From: Breznakia blatticola
Lineage (GTDB): Bacteria > Bacillota_I > Bacilli_A > Erysipelotrichales > Erysipelotrichaceae
NCBI RefSeq assembly: GCF_004365815.1
Contig: NZ_SODD01000014.1
Coordinates: 13,737 to 45,736 of the forward strand
DNA: 32,000 bases
Direction: 5' to 3'
In this document: positions 1 through 9,232 of the stretch, piece by piece
Layout: each line of letters opens with the position of its first letter
Position numbering within the stretch: position 1 is the stretch's first letter
Made by a program: the position numbers and the translations under genes
The notes under the pieces: generated by a model
What the model saw: the letters and a program-made list of their open reading frames with translations, nothing else
Told to the model about the DNA's origin: nothing
Databases searched by the model: none

Positions 1-945
1 TTCAATAATATGTAATCTAAAGAAAACATTCGCAATAATTGGGTTTCTTGGAGTAGAAATAAATCCATTTAAATATTCTTCTTTCGAAATACCAGCTGGC
101 AATCCTCCAGGTGACATAATTTCAATTTTATCTTCATACATTGTTATACGGATATGTGCATTAACATCCCATGTTCTGTGTACTATTGCATTTGCTATTG
201 CTTCACGAAATGCTTCTTTTGGAACCATATATACTTCATTTCTTTGCATACCAACAATTTCTTCTATTTTGTAGAAATTAGTAAATATTTCGTCGATACG
301 ATCAAACTGTTTTAAAATTGAGACATTCGAAATCGTCTCTCTAAATGTTATTTTGTTCAAACTTGATTCGGTTCGGATTACATCGATTCCTGGAAAATTA
401 TTATTATCCGCTAGTAACTCCGCCGCATTATTGTATTTTTGTGAAGAGGCAAATAATCCAAGTGTTTTTAAGGTATCTACATTAGTTTTTTCAACACCCA
501 AGATTGCTTGTACCTTTTTGTACAAATATTCAAATGTCAAATTCTCTTCAATACATGGCAACTCATCAAATGTAACATTTTCTCCAATCATTATTAATCT
601 TTTCAATTCAATATGATCTACTTCAATTGTTGATGTATCATTTCGTTTATACGCTTTTCCTTTATACAAAAATGGCTTGCTAATTCCCTCTTCAACAAAT
701 AATGTTACTGTTTTATTTGTCTGATTAATTGTTAATGTAAACGTAGGTCCAGGTTTTATTGCATCATTTATTTTATTTTCTATATCTAAACAAACAGCTT
801 CTGGATTAGATAGTCCAACAGTTTTTCCTTCATCTGTAATTCCAAATATAATTTCTCCACTTCCGTAATTAGCATATGCAGAGACGGTTTTTAAAAATGT
901 ATTGCTTACTTTTTCTTTGTATTCAATCGTTCTACTTTCTTTCAT
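1..945 (-). CDS. AlbA_2 (Schlafen-like) DNA-binding domain plus HATPase_c_4 ATP-binding protein, putative regulator; 3' end runs off the window
   Basis: Absent from the supplied ORF track because it is open to the window edge. Reverse translation from ATG (rc of 943-945) gives MKESRTIEYKEKVSNTFLKTVSAYANYGSGEIIFGITDEGKTVG... and later ...VPKEAFREAIANAIVHRTWDVNAHIRITMYEDKIEIMSPGGLPAGIS..., open for all 315 codons. GAGGT Shine-Dalgarno (rc of 953-957) lies 7 nt upstream. Confidence 0.75.
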   Translation of the reverse strand, partial: MKESRTIEYKEKVSNTFLKTVSAYANYGSGEIIFGITDEGKTVGLSNPEAVCLDIENKINDAIKPGPTFTLTINQTNKTVTLFVEEGISKPFLYKGKAYKRNDTSTIEVDHIELKRLIMIGENVTFDELPCIEENLTFEYLYKKVQAILGVEKTNVDTLKTLGLFASSQKYNNAAELLADNNNFPGIDVIRTESSLNKITFRETISNVSILKQFDRIDEIFTNFYKIEEIVGMQRNEVYMVPKEAFREAIANAIVHRTWDVNAHIRITMYEDKIEIMSPGGLPAGISKEEYLNGFISTPRNPIIANVFFRLHIIE

Positions 946-963
946 TTCACTTACCTCAATTAC

Positions 964-992
964 ATAGTATCATGCATAACTTTTCGTTGCAA
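964..992 (-). promoter_or_regulatory. Sigma-A type promoter for the AlbA_2/HATPase gene
   Basis: Minus strand reads TTGCAA (987-992), a 17 nt spacer ending in TGa, then TACTAT (964-969). The ATG at 945 is about 18 nt downstream of the -10. Confidence 0.5.
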
Positions 993-1045
993 CGCAAATG
1001 CGACGTAAATTTTTGCGTTGCATTTGCGTCTTTTGCGTCGCAACA
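986..1045 (-). promoter_or_regulatory. Array of ACGCAAA/TTTGCGT heptamers overlapping the -35; candidate operator
   Basis: TTTGCGT on the plus strand at 1012-1018, 1023-1029 and 1032-1038. The inverted copy ACGCAAA is at 992-998. Outer arms GTTGCAACGCAAA (986-998) and TTTGCGTCGCAAC (1033-1045) can pair at 12 of 13 positions. Confidence 0.35.
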
Positions 1046-1080
1046 TAAAAAAATAGCCCACCAATATGTATTGATGGGCA
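1045..1080 (-). terminator. Rho-independent terminator after the dnaB/MBL-hydrolase unit
   Basis: Minus strand GCCCATCAATA-CA-TATTGGTGGGC hairpin (1056-1079, one mismatch), followed by TATTTTTTT (plus-strand A-run 1047-1053). Confidence 0.7.
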
Positions 1081-1232
1081 GGGAATTGAAAAGCAGGCGA
1101 AAGGGTCCTGCATACATAAACAATATGGGTCCTACCTCCAATATTGTTCTTATAGAATATAACAATTTTGGCTAGGACATGCAATCCAAACAATAGATAT
1201 ATTGTTTGTTATAACATATATGTGTTTATGTG

Positions 1233-1979
1233 CTAGTTATGACCTCCGCGAACGATTTCAAATTGCGGTGCAGCAACAATTCGTAAGCTTGAAATATCAA
1301 CATCATGTGCCACTAATGTTTGTTTTAATGTATCACATGCTTGCTTGTATGTATTTCCTTCTTCTGAGATATGTGCTAACACGATTTCTTTGGTTTTATT
1401 TCCAATAACTTCTGCTAGCACCTCTGCACTATCTTCATTACACAAATGGCCCATATCACCAATAATTCTTTGTTTTACAAAGATTGGACGACTTGTTGCC
1501 ATTAGCATTTCTAAATCGTGATTACTTTCAAAGATATAATAATCTGCATTTTTAATATACGGTTTAATCGCTTCTGATATATATCCAGTATCTGTAATAT
1601 ATACAAGTTTTTCACTATTACTTTTGATTACGTATCCACATGAATCTTGTGCATCATGACTGGTTGGCAATGCTTGCACTTCAAGGGTTGGTAGTTCTAT
1701 ACGATCAAAGGGTTTCATTTGGTAATAATTTTGTGTATCTAACTGACAAGTTGCATAGGTATCAACATTGGCAAACATTTTCAGTTGCTGAATATGATCA
1801 CTATGTGTGTGCGTCACAAAAAGTGCATCTGCTTGATGATAATCATATGACAATCTTTCAAAGCAACCACTTAAATACTTTTTGGTTGAACCACAATCAA
1901 TCACAATACTTGTTTGTCCATTGCGAATCAAACAACAATTCCCTTTAGAGCCACTGGCTAATAAAGCGAATTTTATCAT
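1233..1979 (-). CDS. MBL-fold metallo-hydrolase (YycJ/WalJ-like)
   Basis: 248 aa. HTHSDH (HxHxDH) zinc motif, N-terminal FALLASGSKGNC typical of this family. Its ATG overlaps the dnaB stop (ATGA). Confidence 0.85.
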   Translation of the reverse strand: MIKFALLASGSKGNCCLIRNGQTSIVIDCGSTKKYLSGCFERLSYDYHQADALFVTHTHSDHIQQLKMFANVDTYATCQLDTQNYYQMKPFDRIELPTLEVQALPTSHDAQDSCGYVIKSNSEKLVYITDTGYISEAIKPYIKNADYYIFESNHDLEMLMATSRPIFVKQRIIGDMGHLCNEDSAEVLAEVIGNKTKEIVLAHISEEGNTYKQACDTLKQTLVAHDVDISSLRIVAAPQFEIVRGGHN

Positions 1980-3364
1980 TGATAACCACCTTCATATCTC
2001 GTGTTCACAATATTCACGAACTTGTTGATTGATTTTTGGAATTTCAAATTGAAGTTACCGATACGACCATTACGGTGTTTTTGAATCGATACTTCTACAT
2101 CGATACTATCTTCATCATCTGCTGGTGCATCGTCTGTTTTTTGATAGTCATCACGCGATAAGAACATAACGATATCGGCATCTTGCTCAATCGCTCCAGA
2201 TTCACGTAAATCCGATAACATCGGTTTTGCTTTGTCTCCAGTACGTTGTTCCACCGAACGCGATAATTGCGATAAGGCGATAACTGGTACATTTAACTCT
2301 CTAGCTAACATCTTCAAACTACGTGAGATTTCTGATACTTCTTGTTGGCGGTTTTCACCACTACGTTTTCCACTACCGGTAATCAACTGCAAGTAGTCAA
2401 TAATAACTAGATCTAGGCGATCATCCATATCTGCTTTTAACTTACGACATTTCGAGAAAATTTCTGCCATCTTGATCGATGAAGAATCATCTGTAAATAA
2501 ATTAATCGCACTAATGGTTTGAGCTGCTTCAAATAATCGATTCATCTCATCGTTGTTTAATTTACCGGTACGAAGTGTATCTCCTTTGATACTTCCTTGC
2601 GCACTTAACATACGACGGATCAATTGTTCGTTTGGCATCTCCAAAGAGAAAATTGCCACAACTCCACCAGATTTTTCGCGGTTTCGTTTGGATGCATTTA
2701 ATCCTAAATTCAAGGCAAATGCGGTTTTCCCTACCGATGGACGTGCCGCTAGAATAATTAAATCCCCACGTTGAAATCCATTGGTAATACTATCTAATTC
2801 AGTATAACCTGTTTCTACTCCGGTAATCCCACCTGGTGATTTTCTTAACATTTCTATATTTTCAATTACGTTTTTTACAACGACTTTTGAACTTTGAAAA
2901 TCATTTACACGACGATTACGCGTTAAACTCAATACTTGTTTTTCTGCTTGATCAAGAAGTTCTTCTAAATCTAATGAAGTATCAAAACCTTCGGTACGAA
3001 TACGATCAGCAACTGCGATCATCATTCTTCGTTTACTTTTATCTTTAATGTTTTCAATATACGATTTTACGTTTGCACTACTGATTGCAGTATTCATTAA
3101 ATCAATAATGTAGTCCGCATTACCAGCAAGTGCTAATTCTTTTCGATCTTCTAAACGTGAAATTACGTTGTTTGGATCAATGGGTTGTCCAACTTCCATC
3201 AAATCCATCATCACCCGATATATCGTGCGATGCGCTTCTTGATAGAAATCTTCTTCTTGTAGTCCTTGTTCGTAGGCAACTTCAACTGCATCATTATAAA
3301 TTAGTAATGCACCAAGTACTGCCTGTTCAGCATCTACACTGTGTGGGTAAACATTGTTCATCAT
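1976..3364 (-). CDS. dnaB: Replicative DNA helicase DnaB
   Basis: 462 aa. N-terminal PHSVDAEQAVLGALL, Walker A ARPSVGKTAFALN, IIDYLQLI, SQLSR and ESGAIEQDADIV motifs. GAAGG RBS upstream. Confidence 0.95.
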   Translation of the reverse strand: MMNNVYPHSVDAEQAVLGALLIYNDAVEVAYEQGLQEEDFYQEAHRTIYRVMMDLMEVGQPIDPNNVISRLEDRKELALAGNADYIIDLMNTAISSANVKSYIENIKDKSKRRMMIAVADRIRTEGFDTSLDLEELLDQAEKQVLSLTRNRRVNDFQSSKVVVKNVIENIEMLRKSPGGITGVETGYTELDSITNGFQRGDLIILAARPSVGKTAFALNLGLNASKRNREKSGGVVAIFSLEMPNEQLIRRMLSAQGSIKGDTLRTGKLNNDEMNRLFEAAQTISAINLFTDDSSSIKMAEIFSKCRKLKADMDDRLDLVIIDYLQLITGSGKRSGENRQQEVSEISRSLKMLARELNVPVIALSQLSRSVEQRTGDKAKPMLSDLRESGAIEQDADIVMFLSRDDYQKTDDAPADDEDSIDVEVSIQKHRNGRIGNFNLKFQKSINKFVNIVNTRYEGGYQ

Positions 3365-3372
3365 CTTGCCTT

Positions 3373-3822
3373 CTATTTCTCTGATAGGTGAACATTGATC
3401 TCACCAATCACCTTGTTTTTATATAAATCGACTTTTACTAGTGTTGTTCCTAAACTTGATACATTATGTACATCCACTAATTTTCTTTTGTCGATGCTAA
3501 TGTTATGTTGTTTACGTAAACCTTCAACGATTTGTTTGCTTGATACGGAACCAAACACACGTCCACCTTCTCCAGTTTTCACTTTAAATTCTACAACTGA
3601 TTTCTTCAGTTTTTCTTTTAATGCTTCTGCATCTGCTTCTTTTTGCGCTTCTGTTGCTGCATGTTCATCGTTTTGTTTTTTCAATACAGCTTTTGCTGTA
3701 TTTGATTCCACAACAGCAAGTCCTCGTGCAACTAAAAAGTTTCTTCCGTATCCATCTGCAACTTCAACGACTTCTCCTTTTTTACCGACTTTCTTCACGT
3801 CTTCAAGTAAGATTACTTTCAT
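3373..3822 (-). CDS. rplI: 50S ribosomal protein L9
   Basis: 149 aa. [31 protein letters not shown]-terminus is canonical L9. Sits immediately upstream of dnaB, as in other Bacillota. Confidence 0.95.
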   Translation of the reverse strand: MKVILLEDVKKVGKKGEVVEVADGYGRNFLVARGLAVVESNTAKAVLKKQNDEHAATEAQKEADAEALKEKLKKSVVEFKVKTGEGGRVFGSVSSKQIVEGLRKQHNISIDKRKLVDVHNVSSLGTTLVKVDLYKNKVIGEINVHLSEK

Positions 3823-5785
3823 AGCTTGTGTCCTCCTGATTCAAATAATTGCGAATAGCATCTTTTAGTTCATCACATAATGCCTCGCTTGTCATACCTT
3901 CTCTTTGTACGGCGGCTGCGGTGAAGTGACCTCCACCTTTCATATCCTCCATAATTACTTGTACGTTAACTACACCTTTACTTCGTGCAGAAATCGCAAC
4001 TTGATTTTCATTAATTCGAGCAACCACAAATGCTGCTTCGATATTTTTAATCGCCAACAGTTCATCTGCACCAATGGACATCAGTGAACGTGTCATAATG
4101 CGACTATCTTCTACACACGATATTAGAATATTATCATTGTACTTTTTGGCATATTTTAATACATTGATCTTTTCTTCAAATTCCGTGTAATCTTCTTTTA
4201 ATAAGGTTTCTACCTGCATTGGATCCACACCCCATTTTTTCAATTGTGCACAGGCTTCGAAGGTTCTAAATCCCGTACGCATTTGGAAATGGTTGGTATC
4301 AATCACAATACCTAAATACATAATGCTTGCTTCTGCATCATTGATATCTACTTTCCCTGGTTGATAAGCAATCAGTTCTGTCATTAACTCACATGTACTA
4401 CTTGCACTACTTTCTAAGTAGACAATCAGTGGTTTTTTCACAAAGTCAGGTCCTCTTCGATGGTGATCAATCACCAGAATACGATCTGCTTTTTCAACAA
4501 GTTCTTGGGCATTACTTTGAGCCGGATTGTGATAATCACTCACAATCACTAAGTCATTTTTCTTACGTAAGCGTAACGCTTCTTCTTGCGTAATAAAGGT
4601 GTGACGATTTTCTAAACTTGAACCAAAGTATACCATTGCTTCTTTGGTATGTTTTTCAATTCCACCACTTTGACTTACGATATACGTTTTCTTTTTATAA
4701 AACTGTGCAAGTCTAGACAAAGCTAGATTACTTCCCATGCAGTCAAAGTCCATTTCTTTATGACCCGTAATAAAGATTTGTTCGCTATCTTGCATCACTT
4801 CTTTAATTGCTTGAGCCATAACCCGCACACGTACTCTTGAACGTGTACTTTTCGCTTCACTTTTTCCACCATAGTATTTTACATCTGCATCATTTAGTTG
4901 ACTAGCAACTTGGTCTCCACCACGGCTTTGCGCGAGTTCAAGTAAGTCATTTACTTTTCCATCTAACTCACTTAATTTCTCACTACCACGTGCAAATGCC
5001 ATCGATAATGTAATATTTACATCAATCTCTGCAGCTTTGGTACGCACATAATTGATAATATCAAATTTCTCACCAAGAATATGTTCATAAATTTCTTCAT
5101 CTAATACCATAAAGAAACGATCACTACGTAAACGACGAATACAAATTCCATGTTTGTTTGCCCAATCGACAATTGGTTGTCGTAGATTTAGGTTCACATT
5201 GGTAATTGTCGTTTCATCTTCAAAGGCTTGCATGTCTTGGTAGTTATCCATATGTACAAGTCCAAGTACTAATGATTCTTTCTTATAGGTTTCTTTTAAG
5301 TCAGAATATTTTGAAATATCGCGAACAAACAATACATGTTCTTGTCCTTTACGACTAATTTCATATGTGAATTCTTTTTTGCGGCCAACAACTGTATCTT
5401 GACCACCTTGTAACAATTCTTCAATTTCAGGCACAAAGGTTGTAACCTTTTTACCGATTAAACTACGATAGCCACGATCCATTAAGAAATTGGAAATCCA
5501 CAATACTTCAAATTGCTCGTTGTATGTAATAATTCCAACCTTCCCAAATGAAAAGGCACCACCAGCTTCACTTCCTAAAATTTCTGAAATATTAACTGCT
5601 TCATTTTCACGTGCATTTTGAATTGAATTAATAATCCAAGCCACGAATATTGCATTCACTAAAAAGATGATAATCAATGGTACTGCGGCATCGATTAACC
5701 CAACAGCTAATAATAAAATCAGGGCAACTGCTTCAAGTACAAGTAGTACGACTACTTGCATTCGTATCCCATCGAAATATTTCAT
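3803..5785 (-). CDS. gdpP: GdpP/YybT-type DHH-DHHA1 phosphoesterase (cyclic-di-AMP phosphodiesterase family)
   Basis: 660 aa. Two N-terminal TM helices, central PAS/degenerate GGDEF-sized region, DHH motif ([10 protein letters not shown]) and DHHA1 motif ([10 protein letters not shown]). yybS-gdpP-rplI-dnaB synteny. Confidence 0.85.
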   Translation of the reverse strand: MKYFDGIRMQVVVLLVLEAVALILLLAVGLIDAAVPLIIIFLVNAIFVAWIINSIQNARENEAVNISEILGSEAGGAFSFGKVGIITYNEQFEVLWISNFLMDRGYRSLIGKKVTTFVPEIEELLQGGQDTVVGRKKEFTYEISRKGQEHVLFVRDISKYSDLKETYKKESLVLGLVHMDNYQDMQAFEDETTITNVNLNLRQPIVDWANKHGICIRRLRSDRFFMVLDEEIYEHILGEKFDIINYVRTKAAEIDVNITLSMAFARGSEKLSELDGKVNDLLELAQSRGGDQVASQLNDADVKYYGGKSEAKSTRSRVRVRVMAQAIKEVMQDSEQIFITGHKEMDFDCMGSNLALSRLAQFYKKKTYIVSQSGGIEKHTKEAMVYFGSSLENRHTFITQEEALRLRKKNDLVIVSDYHNPAQSNAQELVEKADRILVIDHHRRGPDFVKKPLIVYLESSASSTCELMTELIAYQPGKVDINDAEASIMYLGIVIDTNHFQMRTGFRTFEACAQLKKWGVDPMQVETLLKEDYTEFEEKINVLKYAKKYNDNILISCVEDSRIMTRSLMSIGADELLAIKNIEAAFVVARINENQVAISARSKGVVNVQVIMEDMKGGGHFTAAAVQREGMTSEALCDELKDAIRNYLNQEDTSYESNLT

Positions 5786-5794
5786 GTTCCTCTC

Positions 5795-6682
5795 CTACTT
5801 TTCAATTATTTTTTCAATATGTCCACCAAAACTTACATAGATGCCTAAACACATCATAATGTTTTGTATAACAGGAATAAAACAGGCAATTAATGCACCT
5901 AGCACAATCGCTCTACTTCTCTTTTTGACACCATAGCTAATACATTCAATAACTCCAATCGTGATAGCGATCATCATACATACCAAATACAACACAAGAA
6001 TTGCATCTTCGTATGCGGCAGGTACACTAACAAATTGACTAATCGCATAAATCACTAACCCAACGGTTGCTAGCATTCCTACTTGTTTTGGAATACGTAC
6101 TTGGGTAATTGGTTTTAATGGTGCTACTTGAATACGTAAACGTGCCAAAATTACATGGCTTGCCACATGGATCACAATCCCTTGCATAAATGCAGAGCCA
6201 ATATATACAATGAGTACTACTAACATTGCTAAGGTTCTTGCGCCACTTGCAATTCCTGCTTGTTCCACCATCTTTGTTAGATCCATAACTTCTGCAATGA
6301 TATCATAGCCAAAGATATGGCCAAACACGATTACAGTAAGTGCACTGACAAGTAACTGTGAAACTATAGCTAGTATAAGTAAATATGCATTCTTCCAACC
6401 TTTTTTTAATCCAATCCCATAACATACACCACTTACCATCGCGGATATCAAAAGTACCATACCGGTAAAGGTAGAAAATAGAATCGAAGAAAGGATGCAT
6501 GATATAGCCACAATCAGCCCACTTTGTATATCATAGCGTACCATATATACAATTAAAGGAATACTAAGTAGCCAGAAAATCATTTCCTCTAGCACTCCTG
6601 CAAATTGTCGATTTAAAATCAGAAGGATGGCAACCATTGCAATCATCATTGCTCCTTCTGTAATATTCCTAGTTTTTCTCAT
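5795..6682 (-). CDS. yybS: YybS-family (DUF2232) polytopic membrane protein
   Basis: Multi-TM protein directly upstream of gdpP. The track ORF (to 6766) starts at a TTG with no RBS. I prefer the ATG at 6682 (MRKTRNITEGAMMIAM...), which is preceded by GAAAGG. Confidence 0.7.
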   Translation of the reverse strand: MRKTRNITEGAMMIAMVAILLILNRQFAGVLEEMIFWLLSIPLIVYMVRYDIQSGLIVAISCILSSILFSTFTGMVLLISAMVSGVCYGIGLKKGWKNAYLLILAIVSQLLVSALTVIVFGHIFGYDIIAEVMDLTKMVEQAGIASGARTLAMLVVLIVYIGSAFMQGIVIHVASHVILARLRIQVAPLKPITQVRIPKQVGMLATVGLVIYAISQFVSVPAAYEDAILVLYLVCMMIAITIGVIECISYGVKKRSRAIVLGALIACFIPVIQNIMMCLGIYVSFGGHIEKIIEK

Positions 6683-6763
6683 ATGTATACCTTTCTCTAT
6701 TTTACTATTTTTACTACCTGAATGAAAGAGAAACAAGAAACCTATACATTTGCACAAGTATCT

Positions 6764-6804
6764 CAAAAGAAAAAAGTAGCGAGTGTGTATTCACCTTCAC
6801 TACT
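6764..6804 (-). terminator. Rho-independent terminator after the lipoprotein gene
   Basis: Minus strand AGTAGTGA (6797-6804) pairs with TCGCTACT (6775-6782): 8 bp including one G-U. It is followed by TTTTTTCTTTT and overlaps the TAG stop at 6800-6802. Confidence 0.6.
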
Positions 6805-7567
6805 GTTCTTCATAATCACTAAAATCAGGGAAATCTATCGATTTCTTCATAAAACTACTGTAGGTATTTTTATAGTAGAGTTTCATTTTCAATTCTTGCG
6901 TATTTTGTTTCAAGGTAAATGAAAATGATAAATCTTGTGTATCTACATATCCATTTGTATCAATACGATATTCTACTACCGTTGTATCCAGTTCAATCAT
7001 ATCATCTGTAACAACTATACCTGATAAGGCTTCAGTAAGTCTATCCGCAATAAATTCTTTAACCACATCATCTTTTAATTTCACCTTTGCCTTTTGATTG
7101 GTTCCATCTTTTTCAATGGTCAAATCTTCCATATTGGATTTCCCAAAACTTTGAAGTTTTGTGGTTTCGGTTACTGAATCATCTTCTTCATCTAGTTTGG
7201 TTTTGACTTTTTGACCACTAGCAGCTGTATACATATACCCATCTTTGCAATACATAGTAATCGAATCTTTCATCCCTGAATTATCCGTTTCCATTACGAC
7301 TTTAGCTTCTCCAGTTTTTGTATCCGCTAAGTTATTTAAGATAAAATCCATATCTACACGTACATACATATTTTCATCCGTATCACTTAGGATTTCTAAT
7401 CCCATAATACTTTTTCCAGTTGTATGTGTCGCATCATCGGTTTTAGCGATTGCACGATTTAGCTTTTGAATGGCATTTTCTCCTGTTGCTTCTTCACTGT
7501 TTGTACAACCAATAAGTAGCACACTCACACAAGCAACAAGTACCATTATTTTCTTTAATATTTTCAT
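6800..7567 (-). CDS. Lipoprotein of unknown function
   Basis: 255 aa. Signal peptide with lipobox MKILKKIMVLVACVSVLLIGC-TNSEE. The rest is a soluble acidic domain. Confidence 0.75.
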   Translation of the reverse strand: MKILKKIMVLVACVSVLLIGCTNSEEATGENAIQKLNRAIAKTDDATHTTGKSIMGLEILSDTDENMYVRVDMDFILNNLADTKTGEAKVVMETDNSGMKDSITMYCKDGYMYTAASGQKVKTKLDEEDDSVTETTKLQSFGKSNMEDLTIEKDGTNQKAKVKLKDDVVKEFIADRLTEALSGIVVTDDMIELDTTVVEYRIDTNGYVDTQDLSFSFTLKQNTQELKMKLYYKNTYSSFMKKSIDFPDFSDYEEQ

Positions 7568-7574
7568 GTTTTTA

Positions 7575-7602
7575 ATTATACGCCATCTTTTTTCAAAAGC
7601 AA
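7575..7602 (-). promoter_or_regulatory. Promoter placed so that the lipoprotein mRNA would be leaderless
   Basis: Minus strand TTGCTT (7597-7602), 16 nt spacer, TATAAT (7575-7580). Only 7 nt (TAAAAAC) separate the -10 from the ATG at 7567, and there is no Shine-Dalgarno. Confidence 0.4.
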
Positions 7603-7657
7603 TGAAACCTGTGTGAACATTTTGGATATCAAGTAATCAACACATAAGAAAATCGTA

Positions 7658-7683
7658 TATAAAAAGCTCGTAATAACGAGCTT
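7658..7683 (-). terminator. Rho-independent terminator after the DUF975-like gene
   Basis: Minus strand AAGCTCGT-tatt-ACGAGCTT, a perfect 8 bp stem (7664-7683), followed by TTTTTAT. Confidence 0.75.
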
Positions 7684-7690
7684 AGTTCTA

Positions 7691-8446
7691 TTAAAATTCT
7701 ACTGTATTCACGAAATCATCTTGTTGATTGTCATTTGCATTTTGTGAATAGTCTTGATCTGGATAAAGTTTTGATTTTAATTGTTCGTACACATCAAATT
7801 GTGTAAGTGTTTTATATGGTAATACATACAGGTTTGAAATACCATAAGAAACAAGAGCCAACATTTCCCATAAAATAAATGATAAATCTAATACAAAGAA
7901 ATTCAACTTACTTCCTTTACTTAAAATACCTGATTCCGTTAATGTTTCACCAATTCCAAGTTCTGGTTGATCTACGGCGATTTGTTCAACCAAATAGAAA
8001 CGGAAAGTTAAGTAAATTCCAGGAACAACTAATAATATATATCCAAGTGCTATTATAACATTTTTAACAAACACCTTTAATACAAAGTTAATAAATCCTC
8101 CAAATGATGCCAAACTTGAAAACGGTACTGCATCGCTTGCTGTATGTTTTGAAAGATATCCTGCAGATAACATTAAAAAATAATTAAAGAAAGCTACAAC
8201 CGTTGAAATTAAAAACGATACCGGTATTGTAACAAGCAATGAATTAAAGTATGCTTTTACAACCAAGTTCGCTTGTGATTGTGTCAACGATTCATACGTT
8301 GCACTAGCTCCCATCGAAAATGTTGGTGTAAAAAAATTTGCTACAAAGTTAAAAATAATAGGAATGGCTGCTAATGCACCTAAAAACAGTATATTACGGT
8401 GCAAAATATTTTTTGCTCTCACCTTCGCTAATTGACGATTAAACAT
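7691..8446 (-). CDS. Polytopic membrane protein, DUF975-like
   Basis: 251 aa. N-terminal RQLAKVRAKNILHRN followed by several TM helices resembles DUF975 proteins. Strong AGGAGG RBS. The family assignment is from memory only. Confidence 0.55.
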   Translation of the reverse strand: MFNRQLAKVRAKNILHRNILFLGALAAIPIIFNFVANFFTPTFSMGASATYESLTQSQANLVVKAYFNSLLVTIPVSFLISTVVAFFNYFLMLSAGYLSKHTASDAVPFSSLASFGGFINFVLKVFVKNVIIALGYILLVVPGIYLTFRFYLVEQIAVDQPELGIGETLTESGILSKGSKLNFFVLDLSFILWEMLALVSYGISNLYVLPYKTLTQFDVYEQLKSKLYPDQDYSQNANDNQQDDFVNTVEF

Positions 8447-8461
8447 ATTCTCCTCCTCTAG

Positions 8462-8758
8462 TTAATCTTCTGGTAATTTAAATACTTGCTCACCATCACC
8501 CTTGGTCAAGTTATATTTACCTCTTGCATAATTGACAACGTATTCTTCGTTATTCAATTTGCTTTTTTCATCTTCAAACTTTGCTTTTTCTTGTCGCAAA
8601 GTTTTTAATTCTTCTTCATAACCGGAGATATTTTCACGCAAAGTAAGTGTTAATTGCACTTCTTTTACAACTTGGGCAATGCAGTATATCGATGCAATCA
8701 TCAACAATGCAAGAATAACATAATGTGATGGTTTCCTTTTTTTCTTTGCTTGAGCCAT
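8462..8758 (-). CDS. divIC: Septum formation initiator family protein (DivIC/FtsB-like)
   Basis: 98 aa. Basic N-terminus, single TM (YVILALLMIASIYCIA), coiled coil (EEELKTLRQEKAKFEDEKSKL), C-terminal YARGKYNLTKGDGEQVF. AGGAGG RBS. mfd-yabO-divIC neighbourhood as in Bacillus. Confidence 0.7.
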   Translation of the reverse strand: MAQAKKKRKPSHYVILALLMIASIYCIAQVVKEVQLTLTLRENISGYEEELKTLRQEKAKFEDEKSKLNNEEYVVNYARGKYNLTKGDGEQVFKLPED

Positions 8759-8798
8759 GTATACCTCCTTTTTATGTAGTTATAGTTTACTTGTTTTA

Positions 8799-8939
8799 TT
8801 AGAAGAATTCAACATTTACACCATATAGTGAATCACGTAAATCCAATAATTCGATATATGACATTTTTTCCAACTCATCTTTTGATTGTGTACACATCGG
8901 AATTGAGAGTATCTCATTAATCAAATATTCAATATTCAT
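8799..8939 (-). CDS. Candidate 46-aa small protein between rqcP and divIC
   Basis: Below the track cutoff. ATG (rc 8937-8939) to TAA (rc 8799-8801) gives MNIEYLINEILSIPMCTQSKDELEKMSYIELLDLRDSLYGVNVEFF. It fills an otherwise unexplained 185 nt gap inside an operon. RBS is weak or too close. Confidence 0.3.
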   Translation of the reverse strand: MNIEYLINEILSIPMCTQSKDELEKMSYIELLDLRDSLYGVNVEFF

Positions 8940-8943
8940 TCCT

Positions 8944-9225
8944 TCAGTTTCCATAGTCTTCCTTTCTTATTTCAATTCGTTTTTCCTCAATTACTTCAAA
9001 CATTAAGGTTGCATCGTTTTTTGATACTTGTTTTGGTGTATCAAGTACTTTTACTGTAAGTTCACGATTTCCAAATTGTATGGTAATCGTATCACCAATT
9101 TCTACATTGGTCGCTGGCTTTGCTCTTCTGCCATTGACCATAACTCTTTCTTTATCTGCAAGTTCTTTACTTACACTTCTACGTTTTAAGATTCTTGCTA
9201 CTTTCAAATATTTATCTAATCGCAT
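8944..9225 (-). CDS. rqcP: S4-domain RNA-binding protein (YabO/RqcP family)
   Basis: MRLDKYLKVARILKRRSVSKELADKERVMVNGRRAKPATNVEIGD is a canonical S4 domain. I prefer the ATG at 9225 (AGGAG upstream, just after the mfd stop) over the track start at 9264, which lies inside mfd. Confidence 0.8.
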   Translation of the reverse strand: MRLDKYLKVARILKRRSVSKELADKERVMVNGRRAKPATNVEIGDTITIQFGNRELTVKVLDTPKQVSKNDATLMFEVIEEKRIEIRKEDYGN

Positions 9226-9232
9226 AGTTCTC

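Noticed and set aside
353-616. Plus-strand 87-aa ORF, and by extension all the other plus-strand track ORFs: 1640-1948, 2553-2774, 3395-3868, 10317-10850, 17240-17536, 24149-24613, 28309-28734, 28966-29322, 31132-31656 and the rest.
   Set aside because: Each lies antisense to a long minus-strand gene that has clear family motifs. Their translations are low-complexity (S/F/L/T-rich), lack RBS sites and resemble nothing I know. They are typical shadow ORFs of AT-rich coding DNA.
1093-1111. Hairpin GCAGG-cgaaagggt-CCTGC with nearby repeated GGGTCCT. I considered a small SRP-like or other structured RNA.
   Set aside because: It lacks the conserved SRP domain IV elements (GGAA tetraloop, AGCA / GNAR symmetric loop context). 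I could not fold a convincing larger structure or match any RNA family by eye. A covariance-model scan (Rfam/Infernal) of 1046-1232 on both strands would settle it.
876-1193. Three overlapping short ORFs (876-1175 plus strand, 956-1165 and 960-1193 minus strand) in the gap between the MBL-hydrolase gene and the AlbA_2 gene.
   Set aside because: They run across a terminator hairpin, a promoter and the heptamer array. They have no RBS and implausible Cys/Phe-rich sequences. The interval is better explained as regulatory DNA.
6683-6766. N-terminal extension of yybS (track start 6766).
   Set aside because: That start is a TTG without an SD, adds a Cys/Phe-rich non-membrane peptide, and runs into the upstream terminator's T-tract. 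The ATG at 6682 has an RBS and gives a normal N-terminus.
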